Positions 10,992 to 20,000 of a stretch of 20,000 bases of DNA are shown here, in pieces. The DNA is from Chiloscyllium plagiosum (lineage: Eukaryota), in NCBI RefSeq assembly GCF_004010195.1, contig NC_057718.1, forward strand, positions 86,348,919 to 86,368,918. The letters are read 5' to 3'. Under the pieces are notes generated by a model that was not told where the DNA came from, searched no databases, and worked only from the letters and a program-made list of their open reading frames with translations. Every line of letters starts with the position of its first letter. The stretch's first letter is position 1. The position numbers and the translations under genes are program-made.

Positions 10992-11783
10992 CAGCCGTGC
11001 GGGGTCACTGTTGGGTCAAACAGCCTTGTGGGGTCACTGCTGGGTCACATGGCTGTGAGAGGTCACTGCTGGGTCAAACAGCCTTGTGGGGTCCCTGCTG
11101 TGTCACATGGCTGTGCGGGGTCACTGTTGGGTCACATAGCCTTGTGGGGTCACTGCTGGGTCACATGGCTGTGCGGGGTCACTGCTGAGTCACACAGCCT
11201 TGTGGGGTCACTGCTGGGTCACATGGCTGTGCGGGATCACTGCTGGGTCAAACAGCCTTGTGGGATCTCTGCTGGGTCACACGGCTGTGCGGGGTCACTG
11301 CTGGGACACATAGCCTTGCAGGGTTATGGTTGGGTCACATGGCCAAATAGGGTCACTGCTGGGTCACATGGACTTGCGGGGTCACTACTGGGTCATACAT
11401 GGCTGTGCAGGGTTACGTCTGTGTCAAATGTCCATGGAGGTCAGTACTGACTCACACCGGGCTGTGCGGGGTTATGTCTGGGTTACATGTCCATTCAGGG
11501 TCACTGTTGGGTCACACCAGGCTGTATGGGGTCACTGCTGTGTCACTAATCCATGCGTGGTCTCTGCTGTGTCACGCCGGGGTATACAGGATAACTTCTG
11601 GCTAACATATCCATGCAGGGTCACTGCTGGGTTACACTGAGCTGTGCAGGGTTACGTCTGGGTCACATGGCCATGTGTGGTCTCTGCTGGGCCACACAGC
11701 TGTATGGGCTCACTGCTGGGTGACACAGCCGTGCTGGGTCACTGACCCTGGACACTGACCCAGCAGTGACCCTGCACGACCCT
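10992..11783 (+). repeat. 29-bp minisatellite array 1 (about 27 units; consensus GGGTCACTGCTGGGTCACAYRGCYKTGYG)
   Basis: Units recur every 29 bp (11002, 11031, 11060…). The ORF-track peptides repeat every 29 aa, which is 3 units. An inverted unit lies at about 11745-11783. Confidence 0.95.
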
Positions 11784-11970
11784 GTTGTAAACTTAGAAAT
11801 TGTCAGACCACTCGTATGTTGTAAAATAACACTCTTTTGTTGTTGTTAAGCCAGCGAGACATCAATAGACAAAAAATCTAGGTTATCAATCAGATACGAC
11901 CCAGAATATGCTAATAAATGATCTCTGAAAGATAGTTAAATGACAGCATCATTTTGCAGTCAATAGTTCA

Positions 11971-12170
11971 GTGCTGGAAAAGCACAGCGGGTCAGGCAGC
12001 ATCCAAGAAGCAGGAGAATTGACTTTTCAGGCATAAGCCATTCATTCCTGATGAAGGGCTTATGCCCGAAATGTCGATTCTCCTGCTCCTCGGATGCTGC
12101 CTGACCTGATGTGCTTTTCCAACACCACACTCTCGACTAATCTCCAGCATCTGCAGTCCTCACTTTCTCC
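11971..12170 (+). mobile_element. Penelope-like terminal fragment (family A): 75-bp-arm hairpin with hammerhead core
   Basis: 11971-12045 is the reverse complement of 12051-12125. CTGATGA-A-GGGC-TTAT-GCCC-GAAA-TGTC lies at 12048-12075. Ends in ctccagcatctgcagtcctcactttctcc. Confidence 0.8.
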
Positions 12171-12397
12171 TAACATAATTTTATACTCTTAGCATGCTCT
12201 ATTATTTTTTTCTGATTCATACCATATCATGTTTCGTTAATAATTGGTTTCTCATCAAATAATTAATACATTTAGTATTGTTAACCAAAGCCGTTAACGT
12301 TTCCATTATTTGTGTAAATGTATGGGTTTGAGATAAGAAACAAAGCTGTAAATTCAATTAGGGTTCTTTGTTAAACAAATTAACTATTCATCAAATT

Positions 12398-14668
12398 ATA
12401 GAGTCATAGAGATGTACAGCACAGAAACAGACCCTTTGGTCCTACCCATCCATGCGGACCCAGATATCCCAACCCAATCTAGTCCCACCTGCCAGCACCT
12501 GGCCCATATTCCTCCAAACCCTTTCTATTCATATACCCATCTAAACGCTTTTTAAATATTGCAATTGTACCAGCCTCCACCACTTCCTCTGGCAGCTCAT
12601 TCCATAGACGTACCACCCTCTGTGTGAAAAAGTTGCCCCGTAGGTCTCTTTTATATCTTTCCCCCTCACCCTAAACTATGCCCTCTAGTTCTGGATTCCC
12701 CCACCCCAGGGAAAAGACTTTGTCTATTTACCCTATCCATGCCCCTCATAATTTGGTAAACCACTGTAAGGACACCCCTCAGCCTCCGACACTCCAAGGA
12801 AAACAAATCCAGCCTGTTCAGCCTCTCCCTATAGCTCAAATCCTCCAACCCTGGCAACATCCTTGTAAATCTTTTCTGAACCCTTTCAAGTTTCACAACA
12901 TCTTTCCAATAGGAAGGAGACCAGAATTGCATGCAGTATTCCAACAGTGGCCTAACCAATGTCCTGTACAGCCGCAACATGACCTCCCAAGTCCTGTATT
13001 CAATGCTCTGACAAATAAAGGAAAGCATACCAAACGACTTCCTCATTATCCTAGCTACCTGTGACTCCACTTTCAAGGAGTTATGAACCTGCTCTCCAAG
13101 GTATCTTTGTTCAGCAACACTCCCTAGTACTTTACCATTAAGTGTATAAGTCCTGCTAAGATTTGTTTTTCCAAAATACAACACCTCGCATTTATCTGAA
13201 TTAAACTCCATCTGCCACTTCTCAGCCCATTGGCCCATCTGAACAAGATCCTGTTGTAATCTGAGGTAACCTTCTTTGCTGTCCACTACTCCTCCAATTT
13301 GTCATCTGTAAACTTACTAACTATACCTCTTATGTTCACATCCAAATAATTTATATAAATGACGAAAAGTAGTGGACCCAGCACTGATCCTTGTAGCACT
13401 CCACTGGTCACAGGCCCCTCCAGTCTGAAAAACAACCCTCCACCATCACCGTCTGTCTTCTACCTTTGAGCCAGTTCTGTATCCAAATGGCTTGTTCTCC
13501 CTGTATTGCATGAGATCTAACCTTGGCAACCAGTCTCCCATGGGGAGAAAGTGAGGTCTGCAGATGCTGGAGATGTTGAAAGCCTTACTGAAGTCCATAT
13601 TGATCACATCTACCGCTCTGCCCTCATCAATCCTCTTTGTTACTTCTTCAAAAAACTCAATCAAGTCTGTGAGACATGATTTCCCACTCACAAAGCCATG
13701 TTGACGATCCCTAATCAGTCCTTGTCTTTTCAAATACATGTCCATACTGGCTTGTCCTTACCATCTTTCTTAAACAGTGGCACCACATTAGCCAACTTTG
13801 AGTCTTCTGGCACCTCACCTGAGATGCTGAGATACAAATATCTCAGCAAGAGGCCCAGCAATCATTTCCCTAGCTTCCCACAGTTCTAAGGTATACCTGA
13901 TCAAGTCCTGGGGATTTATCCACCTTTATGAGTTTCAATACATCCAACACTTCCTCCTCTGAAATATGGACATTTTTCAAGATGTCACAATCTATTTCCC
14001 GACATTCTAAATCTTCCGTATCCTTTTCCACAGTAAATATTGATGCAAAAACTCATTTAGTATCTCTCCCATTTTCTGCGGCTCCACACAAAAACCACCT
14101 TGCTGATATTTGAGGGGCTCTATTCTCTCCCTAGTTACCCTTTTGTCCTTAATGTATTTGTAAAAATCCTTTGGATTCTCCTTGATTCTATTAACCAAAG
14201 CTATCTCATGTCCCCTTTTTGCCCTCCTGATTTCCCTCTTAAGTATACTCCTACTTCCTTTATACTCTTCTAAGGATTCACTCGATCCATCCTGTCTATA
14301 CCTGACATATGCTTCCTTCTTTTTCTTAAACAAACCTCAATTTCTTTCATCATCCAGCATTCCCTATACCTACCAGCGTTTCCTTTCACCCTAACAGGAA
14401 TATACTTTCTCTGGATTCTTGTTATCTCATTTCTGAAGGCTTCCCATTTTCCATATTTTAAATCTAATGGAATCATGGTCTCTGGCCCCAAAGTGCTCCC
14501 CTACTGACACCTCAGTCACCTGCCCTGCCTTATTTCCCAAGAGTAGGTCAAGTTTTGCACCTTCTCTAGTAGGTCCATCCACATACTGAATCAGAAAATG
14601 TTCTTGTACAGACTTAATAAATTCCTCTCCATCTAAACCGTTAACACTTATGGCAGTCCCCATGTTCA
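12398..14668 (-). mobile_element. 5'-truncated, internally deleted CR1 LINE
   Basis: Tail atagagtcatagag at 12398. ORF 12666-13286 is the CR1 RT C-terminus (WAEKWQMEFNSDKCEV, LYRTLVRPLLEYC, LERVQKRFTRM). Also QHGF…SCLTDLIEFFEEV and the endonuclease tail PTREGAKLDLLL. Confidence 0.93.
13544..13574 (-). mobile_element. 31-bp extreme 3' end of the family A Penelope-like element inserted in CR1 RT
   Basis: ggagaaagtgaggtctgcagatgctggagat matches the reverse complement of 12140-12170 and the start of the 15856 copy. It breaks the AFDKVPHG motif. Confidence 0.8.
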
Positions 14669-14956
14669 AGTCTACATACGTCAGACGCTAGGGAACTATT
14701 TGGTGCCGGTCATTGCTTCATCGTCTTTTAGCAACTTGTCATGGCATGTGTTTGGGAAACTAAACAACTGATAATCTTTGCCAGGATACATTCATTCTCA
14801 TGGTCACCAAACATAAACATTTTTAAAAGTCATTTTATTAATACAAAATGGATTCTCATGGTCACCTAACTAGCCTTTTATAAAAATATTATTTTTAAAT
14901 ATATTCTTGTAACTGCAGAGGTTCGTTTTAGTTTTACTTCTTTCATACTTTATCAA

Positions 14957-15540
14957 TGTGACCCAGCAGTGACCTCGCACGGCCATGTGACCTTGCAGTG
15001 ACCCTGCACAGCCATGTGAGCTAGCTGTGATCCTGTATGGCCATGTGACCCAGCAGTGACCCCATACAGCCGTGTGACCCAGGAGTGACCCTGCACGGCC
15101 ATGTGACCTAGCAGTGACCCTGCACGACCGTGTGACTCAGCAATGCCCCGCACGGCCGCGTGATGCAGCAGTGACCTCACATGGCCGTGTGACCCAGCAG
15201 TGACCCTGCATGACCGTGTGATCCAGCAATGCCCCGCATGGCCGTGTGACCCAGCAGTGACCCCGCACGGCCATGTGACCCACCAGTGACTCCGCATGAC
15301 CGTGTGACCCAGCAATGCCCCGCACGCTGTGTGACCCAGCAGTGACCCCGCACAGCCATGCAACCCAGTAGTGACCCCGCACGGCTGTGTGACCTAGCAG
15401 TGATCCCACACATCCATGTGACCCAGCAGTGATCCCACACATCCATGTGATCCAGCAGTCTCCCTGAGTGGCTGTGTGACTCAGCAGTTTCCTCTCACAG
15501 CCCTCTGACTCAGTTGTCTCATCATACGGCCCTATGACAC
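14957..15540 (-). repeat. 29-bp minisatellite array 2 (about 20 units), reverse complement of array 1
   Basis: Unit tgtgacccagcagtgaccccgcacggccg, with degenerate units at about 15450-15540. Confidence 0.95.
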
Positions 15541-15544
15541 AATG

Positions 15545-16133
15545 TTGAAGATTAATGTGGAAGCTCTTAATCCTCTCTCTGTTACACTGAAAAATTGAGG
15601 TTCTATGCCTTCTGCTAGAATTGTATGTAGATCAATCTATTTAACTGAATTAGCCTTTGTCAAGGGTGCATTTATGGGATGTTGCTAAATTGGACCAGTT
15701 AATTAGCAGTTAATATATCTATTATTTTGTTAAACATTTTGGTGAATACAGTTAGGCCAATTCCTTTATTTTTATGTTGTTTGCATTTTAACTGAAGTGC
15801 AAAAATAAAGGGTGGCTTGCTTAAAGTCAAATAGTTTGACCTAATTGAATTGCAGGGAGAAAGTGAGGACTGCAGATGTTGGAGATCAGAGCTGAAAGAC
15901 ATGTTGCTGGAATAGCACAGCAGGTCAGGCAGCATTCAAGGAGCAGGAGAATCGACGTTTCAGGCATAAGCCCTTCTTCAGGAATTCCTAAAGAAGGGCT
16001 TATGCCCGAAACGTTGGTTCCAATTGAATTGCATCTGGAACAAAATGCCTTAAGTTACCTTTAAGGTAAGATAAAGTTAGGGTCTCAACTATCTTCTTAA
16101 TATGTTTTGAGGGGGTTTGATTTAGTCCATTAC
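15545..16133 (+). mobile_element. Partial LTR related to 225-863, interrupted by a Penelope-like fragment
   Basis: Shared blocks with the first LTR: caaggg…tttatgggatgtt, tagtttga…attgca.ctggaaca and ttacctttaa..taaga.aa.gttagggtct…cttcttaa. Ends in CA (…ccattaca). Confidence 0.75.
15855..16021 (-). mobile_element. Family A Penelope-like hairpin element with 12-bp target-site duplication and hammerhead core
   Basis: TSD aattgaattgca at 15843-15854 and 16022-16033. The palindrome is centred on ggaattcc (15981-15988). The minus-strand core CTGAAGA-A-GGGC-TTAT-GCCT-GAAA-CGTC lies at 15981-15954. Confidence 0.85.
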
Positions 16134-16138
16134 ACAAG

Positions 16139-16266
16139 AGAGGCAGCATCCAAGGAGCAGGAGAATCGACGTTTCGGGCATGAGCCCTTCGTCATAAATG
16201 AGAAAAGTGTGCCAAGCAGTCTAAGATAAAAGGTAGGGAGGAGGGACTTGGGGGAGGGGCGTTGGA
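16139..16266 (-). mobile_element. Family A Penelope-like fragment with hammerhead core and adjacent element sequence
   Basis: aggcagcatccaaggagcaggagaatcgacgtttcgggcatgagcccttcgtca matches the other family A copies. The minus strand reads aTGACGA-A-GGGC-TCAT-GCCC-GAAA-CGTC. Confidence 0.75.
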
Positions 16267-16352
16267 CAGCCATGTGACCCAGCAGTGACCCCATACAGCC
16301 GTGTGACCCAGAAGTGACCCTGCATGGCCATGTGACCCACGGTCACATGGCC
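16267..16352 (-). repeat. Third short array of the 29-bp minisatellite (about 2.5 units plus an inverted stub)
   Basis: cagccatgtgacccagcagtgaccccatacagccgtgtgaccc…, then the inverted stub ggtcacatggcc. Confidence 0.9.
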
Positions 16353-16377
16353 TATCGCATTTCCAACGCCCCCCAGG

Positions 16378-19067
16378 ATGACAGAGACTGGGGTATGGGA
16401 CCTTTAGGAAGAACAGGAAGCTAGGAAACAGCATGGGTGGGGGTGTGGAGGGTGGTCTGTTAACTAACAATGGAATTAACACAGTAGAGAGAAATGGACT
16501 CAGTTTCAAAAACCAGAAATAAAAGCAGTTTGGGTTGAGATAAGAAAAGGCAAAGGACGCAAGACAGTTGTGGGAGTGGTGCATAGGCCCTTAAAAGAGC
16601 CATATATTACGATGGACTATAAAAGGAAAAACAACAGGAACTTGTCAGAAAGGTACAATGATAGTAATACAAGGTTTTTGTCTACAGATAGACCGGAAAA
16701 TCCAAAGGGCAAAAGTTGACTCGGAGAGATGTCCACACAATGTTTTCATGATCATTTCTTTGAATGGCTTGTTCTGGAACCAACCAGCAAGCTGGCATTA
16801 CAAAAATGAGACCGGATTAATTAAAGACTTCACAGCAGAGGTGTACCTAGGTCACAGCTCTCATCATGTGACTGAAAACTGAGGGAAAAAGGATTGAATT
16901 CAAGACAAGTATTTTGAAACATAGTTAAGAGCATATGAAAGGAAGGCCAGTTAAAGTAAAAGAGCATGCACCATAAACTAAAATTGATGTTGGACAGCGA
17001 TAACTGAAATATGAGGAGATTTTTGCAACAGAAAAATTAAGTGTTGCGTATCTTTGATCTGCATGAAACAATGTGACTATTTAAAGCAGTGAGGGTAGGT
17101 GACACCAAAAGTCTTTCGAGTTAGAGAAATACTGCCTGACAACAATCCTCTGATTGGATAATTGGAAGTGTGTTATAAAGCTGTTCCAGAGTGCAGGGCA
17201 GCAAATGGAGTGAGAAACGTTCAGACAGAAAGTAACCATCTCAGTTTCTCTTTCTCTCCCTCTCTCTCTCTTTTCCATGTAGAAAAAGCCATAAAAAAGG
17301 ATGAAAATAAAAGAAATTGAGAAAAGAAATGGTTGAGGTTAACTTGATCATCTATTGAATCAAAGAAAGGCCATCACCCCACTAAAAATAGTTTGTTATT
17401 GTTGCTAAAATCCAAAGGACTGTGGGAAAATTACTTTCTGCTTTATGATCTGGACTTCTGATTGCTTGGATTTCGCTTGCCCTGTTAATATTCGTCTTGC
17501 AGCCATGCAATTTATGTTCAACCATCTTTCTTCTGTCTGCCTTTATCATGATTGATTGTGTATATTGGAAGTTTAAAAGGACATAGTTTAAATTGTATAG
17601 TAGTAGATTATTAATCCTTTGTTCTTCTCTGTTTTGGTTAAAGTTGTGGGTTGCAATAAAAAGTTATTTTCTGTTAATGACAAAATCTGGCAGGAATTGT
17701 GGCAGTCAGTGAAATCTGGTAGCTTTATTAGATTTTTATACATTTCTACACTTTGCAACAACTTGTGGAAGAGTGAGGCACAATTATTGGCACTCTCCCC
17801 CCTGTTGAGTTGTGATAAATTAAAGTATTGAATTATAAAAGGGGAAGGTCAATATGAATGGAGTGGCAGACGTCTGAGGGGAGACTTCAGAATGTACATA
17901 TTAGGCACAATCCAACAAGAGAAGCTAAGAGTAACTAAAATAGGTTAAGGTATTACTAACTAAAAGAAAAAGCATATCATTGCACAAAGATGGGAACCAG
18001 CTCAGAGGACTGGACAGAATATTAAAAGCAGCAAAGTACCACTGAGAGACTAATGAGGAGCAAAACATTAGAGTATAACAAAAAGATAGCCAGGAATATA
18101 AAAACAGATAGTAAGTGTTTATATAGATTTTTAAAAATACAAGAGTTAGCTAAATGAAAGTTGGCCCCATAGAAGGGGAGTCTAGGGAGTAAGGAGAAGG
18201 CAGATAAATTGAACAGGTAGTCTGCATCAGTCTTCAGTGTACATGATACAATTAACATCCCCAAAAATAGTTGTGGTCGGGACACTGAAAGGAAGGAAGT
18301 AATCAAGAAAAGTGAAAACATCAGGAAAGTGTTACTGAGCAAATTGTGGGAACTGTGGATTCACAAATCCCTGAACCCTGACGAACTTCATTCTCAGGTT
18401 ATGCTGATTTTTTTCAAAATCCCCGAGACTCTGGGAAAGTTCTCCTCGATTAGAAGAGAGCAAATGTAATATTTTTATTCAGAACGGAAAGGAGATTGCA
18501 ATAAACTATGAGGATGTTAGTATAACAACTGTTAGAGGAAAGTTTTAGAATCTATCATTAAACATTCTACAGCAGGGCACTTGGAGAAACTGATGCTAAT
18601 CAGGCGGTGTCAGTATGGTTTTGTGAAAAGGATACTGTGTTTCCAAATTATATTGCAGCTTTTTGAAGAAGCACCATGTGTTATAGAAAAAGAGGGATGT
18701 CCTCTGTCCAAATTTTCATAAGGCATTTGATAAAGTGCCATGTCAATGGGTATTGTGGAACACAAAGCTTCATAGCACAAGAGGCAATATACCGACATGG
18801 ATAGAAGATTAGCGAGGATAACATGAAACAGACAGTTGGCAGAAATAGATCATTTTCTGGATGGCAAGATGTAACATGTAGTTTGCCACAGGGATCAGTG
18901 CTGGTGCTGTAACTGTTTAAAATGCAGAGATAGAGACGTATGAAGTGAATGAGGGCATGGTAGCTTCATTTGCTGATGGTGCAAAGATAAGTTGGAAAGT
19001 AATTTGTGATGAGGACATAGTGAGACTAAAAAGGGATATAGATAGGTGAGTGTATTCCTAAAATTGT
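16378..19067 (+). mobile_element. Old, highly degenerate CR1 ORF2 (endonuclease about 16378-16925; tether/RT about 17820-19067), interrupted
   Basis: GYGTFRKNR, AVWVEIRKGKGRKTVVGVVHRP, RNIKTDSKCLY, QYGFVK, FHKAFDKVP, LPQGSVL and FADGAKI. Runs into the gap. Confidence 0.8.
16930..17817 (+). mobile_element. Unclassified insertion in the old CR1, possibly a solo LTR
   Basis: About 0.9 kb without CR1 similarity between colinear CR1 parts. It contains attgg (about 17153), tataaa (about 17174) and aataaa (about 17656) in LTR-like order. Boundaries are uncertain and no TSD was found. Confidence 0.35.
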
Positions 19068-19567
19068 NNNNNNNNNNNNNNNNNNNNNNNNNNNNNNNNN
19101 NNNNNNNNNNNNNNNNNNNNNNNNNNNNNNNNNNNNNNNNNNNNNNNNNNNNNNNNNNNNNNNNNNNNNNNNNNNNNNNNNNNNNNNNNNNNNNNNNNNN
19201 NNNNNNNNNNNNNNNNNNNNNNNNNNNNNNNNNNNNNNNNNNNNNNNNNNNNNNNNNNNNNNNNNNNNNNNNNNNNNNNNNNNNNNNNNNNNNNNNNNNN
19301 NNNNNNNNNNNNNNNNNNNNNNNNNNNNNNNNNNNNNNNNNNNNNNNNNNNNNNNNNNNNNNNNNNNNNNNNNNNNNNNNNNNNNNNNNNNNNNNNNNNN
19401 NNNNNNNNNNNNNNNNNNNNNNNNNNNNNNNNNNNNNNNNNNNNNNNNNNNNNNNNNNNNNNNNNNNNNNNNNNNNNNNNNNNNNNNNNNNNNNNNNNNN
19501 NNNNNNNNNNNNNNNNNNNNNNNNNNNNNNNNNNNNNNNNNNNNNNNNNNNNNNNNNNNNNNNNNNN
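19068..19567. other. Assembly gap (500 N)
   Basis: Run of N. Confidence 1.
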
Positions 19568-19731
19568 GGTAAGCTGGTTTCCTTCAGATTTAAAGTGGCT
19601 TACTGCAGAAAACTGAGAGAAAGTGAGTTTTTTGACTACTGAGGATTTGTTGGTTTCTCTTCTGGTCTGACAAGGTTCCCTCTGCCTTATCCATAACCTG
19701 AGCTGCTCAGCTCCCTGACAACTGTTAGAAA

Positions 19732-20000
19732 TTGAAGGCATGTACTGTACCTTTAAAAGATAGTGAATACTGTTTTACACTGTGAGCTTATAAGCACCTG
19801 TCATGTGATGAGCTAACAGTCTCAGAGTGTACTGGAAAATTGAAAATACATACCATTTGGCTGTGAAATAGATACCTGAGTTGGTTGCTATTTTGACAAC
19901 AATTTGAATTTAACCAATCAGTTTAAATCATGCCCCAGGATACCTAAAACCCAATCGATTTGAATATATTGTTTTGCTAACATCAAATCAGTAAGACAAA
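19732..20000 (+). mobile_element. Possible 5' part of another LTR-type repeat
   Basis: Starts with TG (tgaaggcatgtactgtacctttaa), resembling the start of the first LTR (gatgctgtcactttaa). Contains two ccaat motifs and runs off the window. Confidence 0.3.

Noticed and set aside
10875..11640. Gly/His/Cys-rich ORFs (also 14953-15446)
   Set aside because: These are translations of the 29-bp minisatellite, open in several frames at once; not evidence of a protein.
10992..11783. CRISPR-like array
   Set aside because: Units are contiguous with no unique spacers, there are no cas genes, and the context is eukaryotic.
12666..13286. 206-aa ORF as a domesticated gene
   Set aside because: It is the CR1 RT C-terminal fragment of a truncated, frameshifted copy.
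19568..19575. ggtaag splice donor right after the gap
   Set aside because: The upstream sequence is unknown and a 6-mer alone is uninformative.

Overview
Eukaryotic, repeat-saturated, non-genic DNA with two assembly gaps (5691-6581, 19068-19567). The repeat families (HE1/V-SINE, HER1/CR1 LINEs, short Penelope-type termini) suggest an elasmobranch (shark/ray) genome; this is an inference. No intact host gene or intact transposon ORF is supported. Contents: (i) a decayed Gmr1-type Ty3/Gypsy LTR retrotransposon (about 225-5185) with PR-INT-RT-RH order and a deleted integrase core; (ii) four CR1 LINE copies, one nearly full-length with an esterase-type ORF1; (iii) a 5'-truncated V-SINE; (iv) five short Penelope-like terminal fragments, three of them hairpins, four carrying minimal hammerhead-ribozyme cores in various states of decay; (v) a second LTR related to the first; (vi) three arrays of a 29-bp minisatellite whose unit contains a nuclear-receptor DR5 motif (GGGTCA-N5-GGGTCA). 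The hammerhead hairpins and DR5 arrays are the best candidates for follow-up. Nothing here can be shown to be novel from sequence alone.
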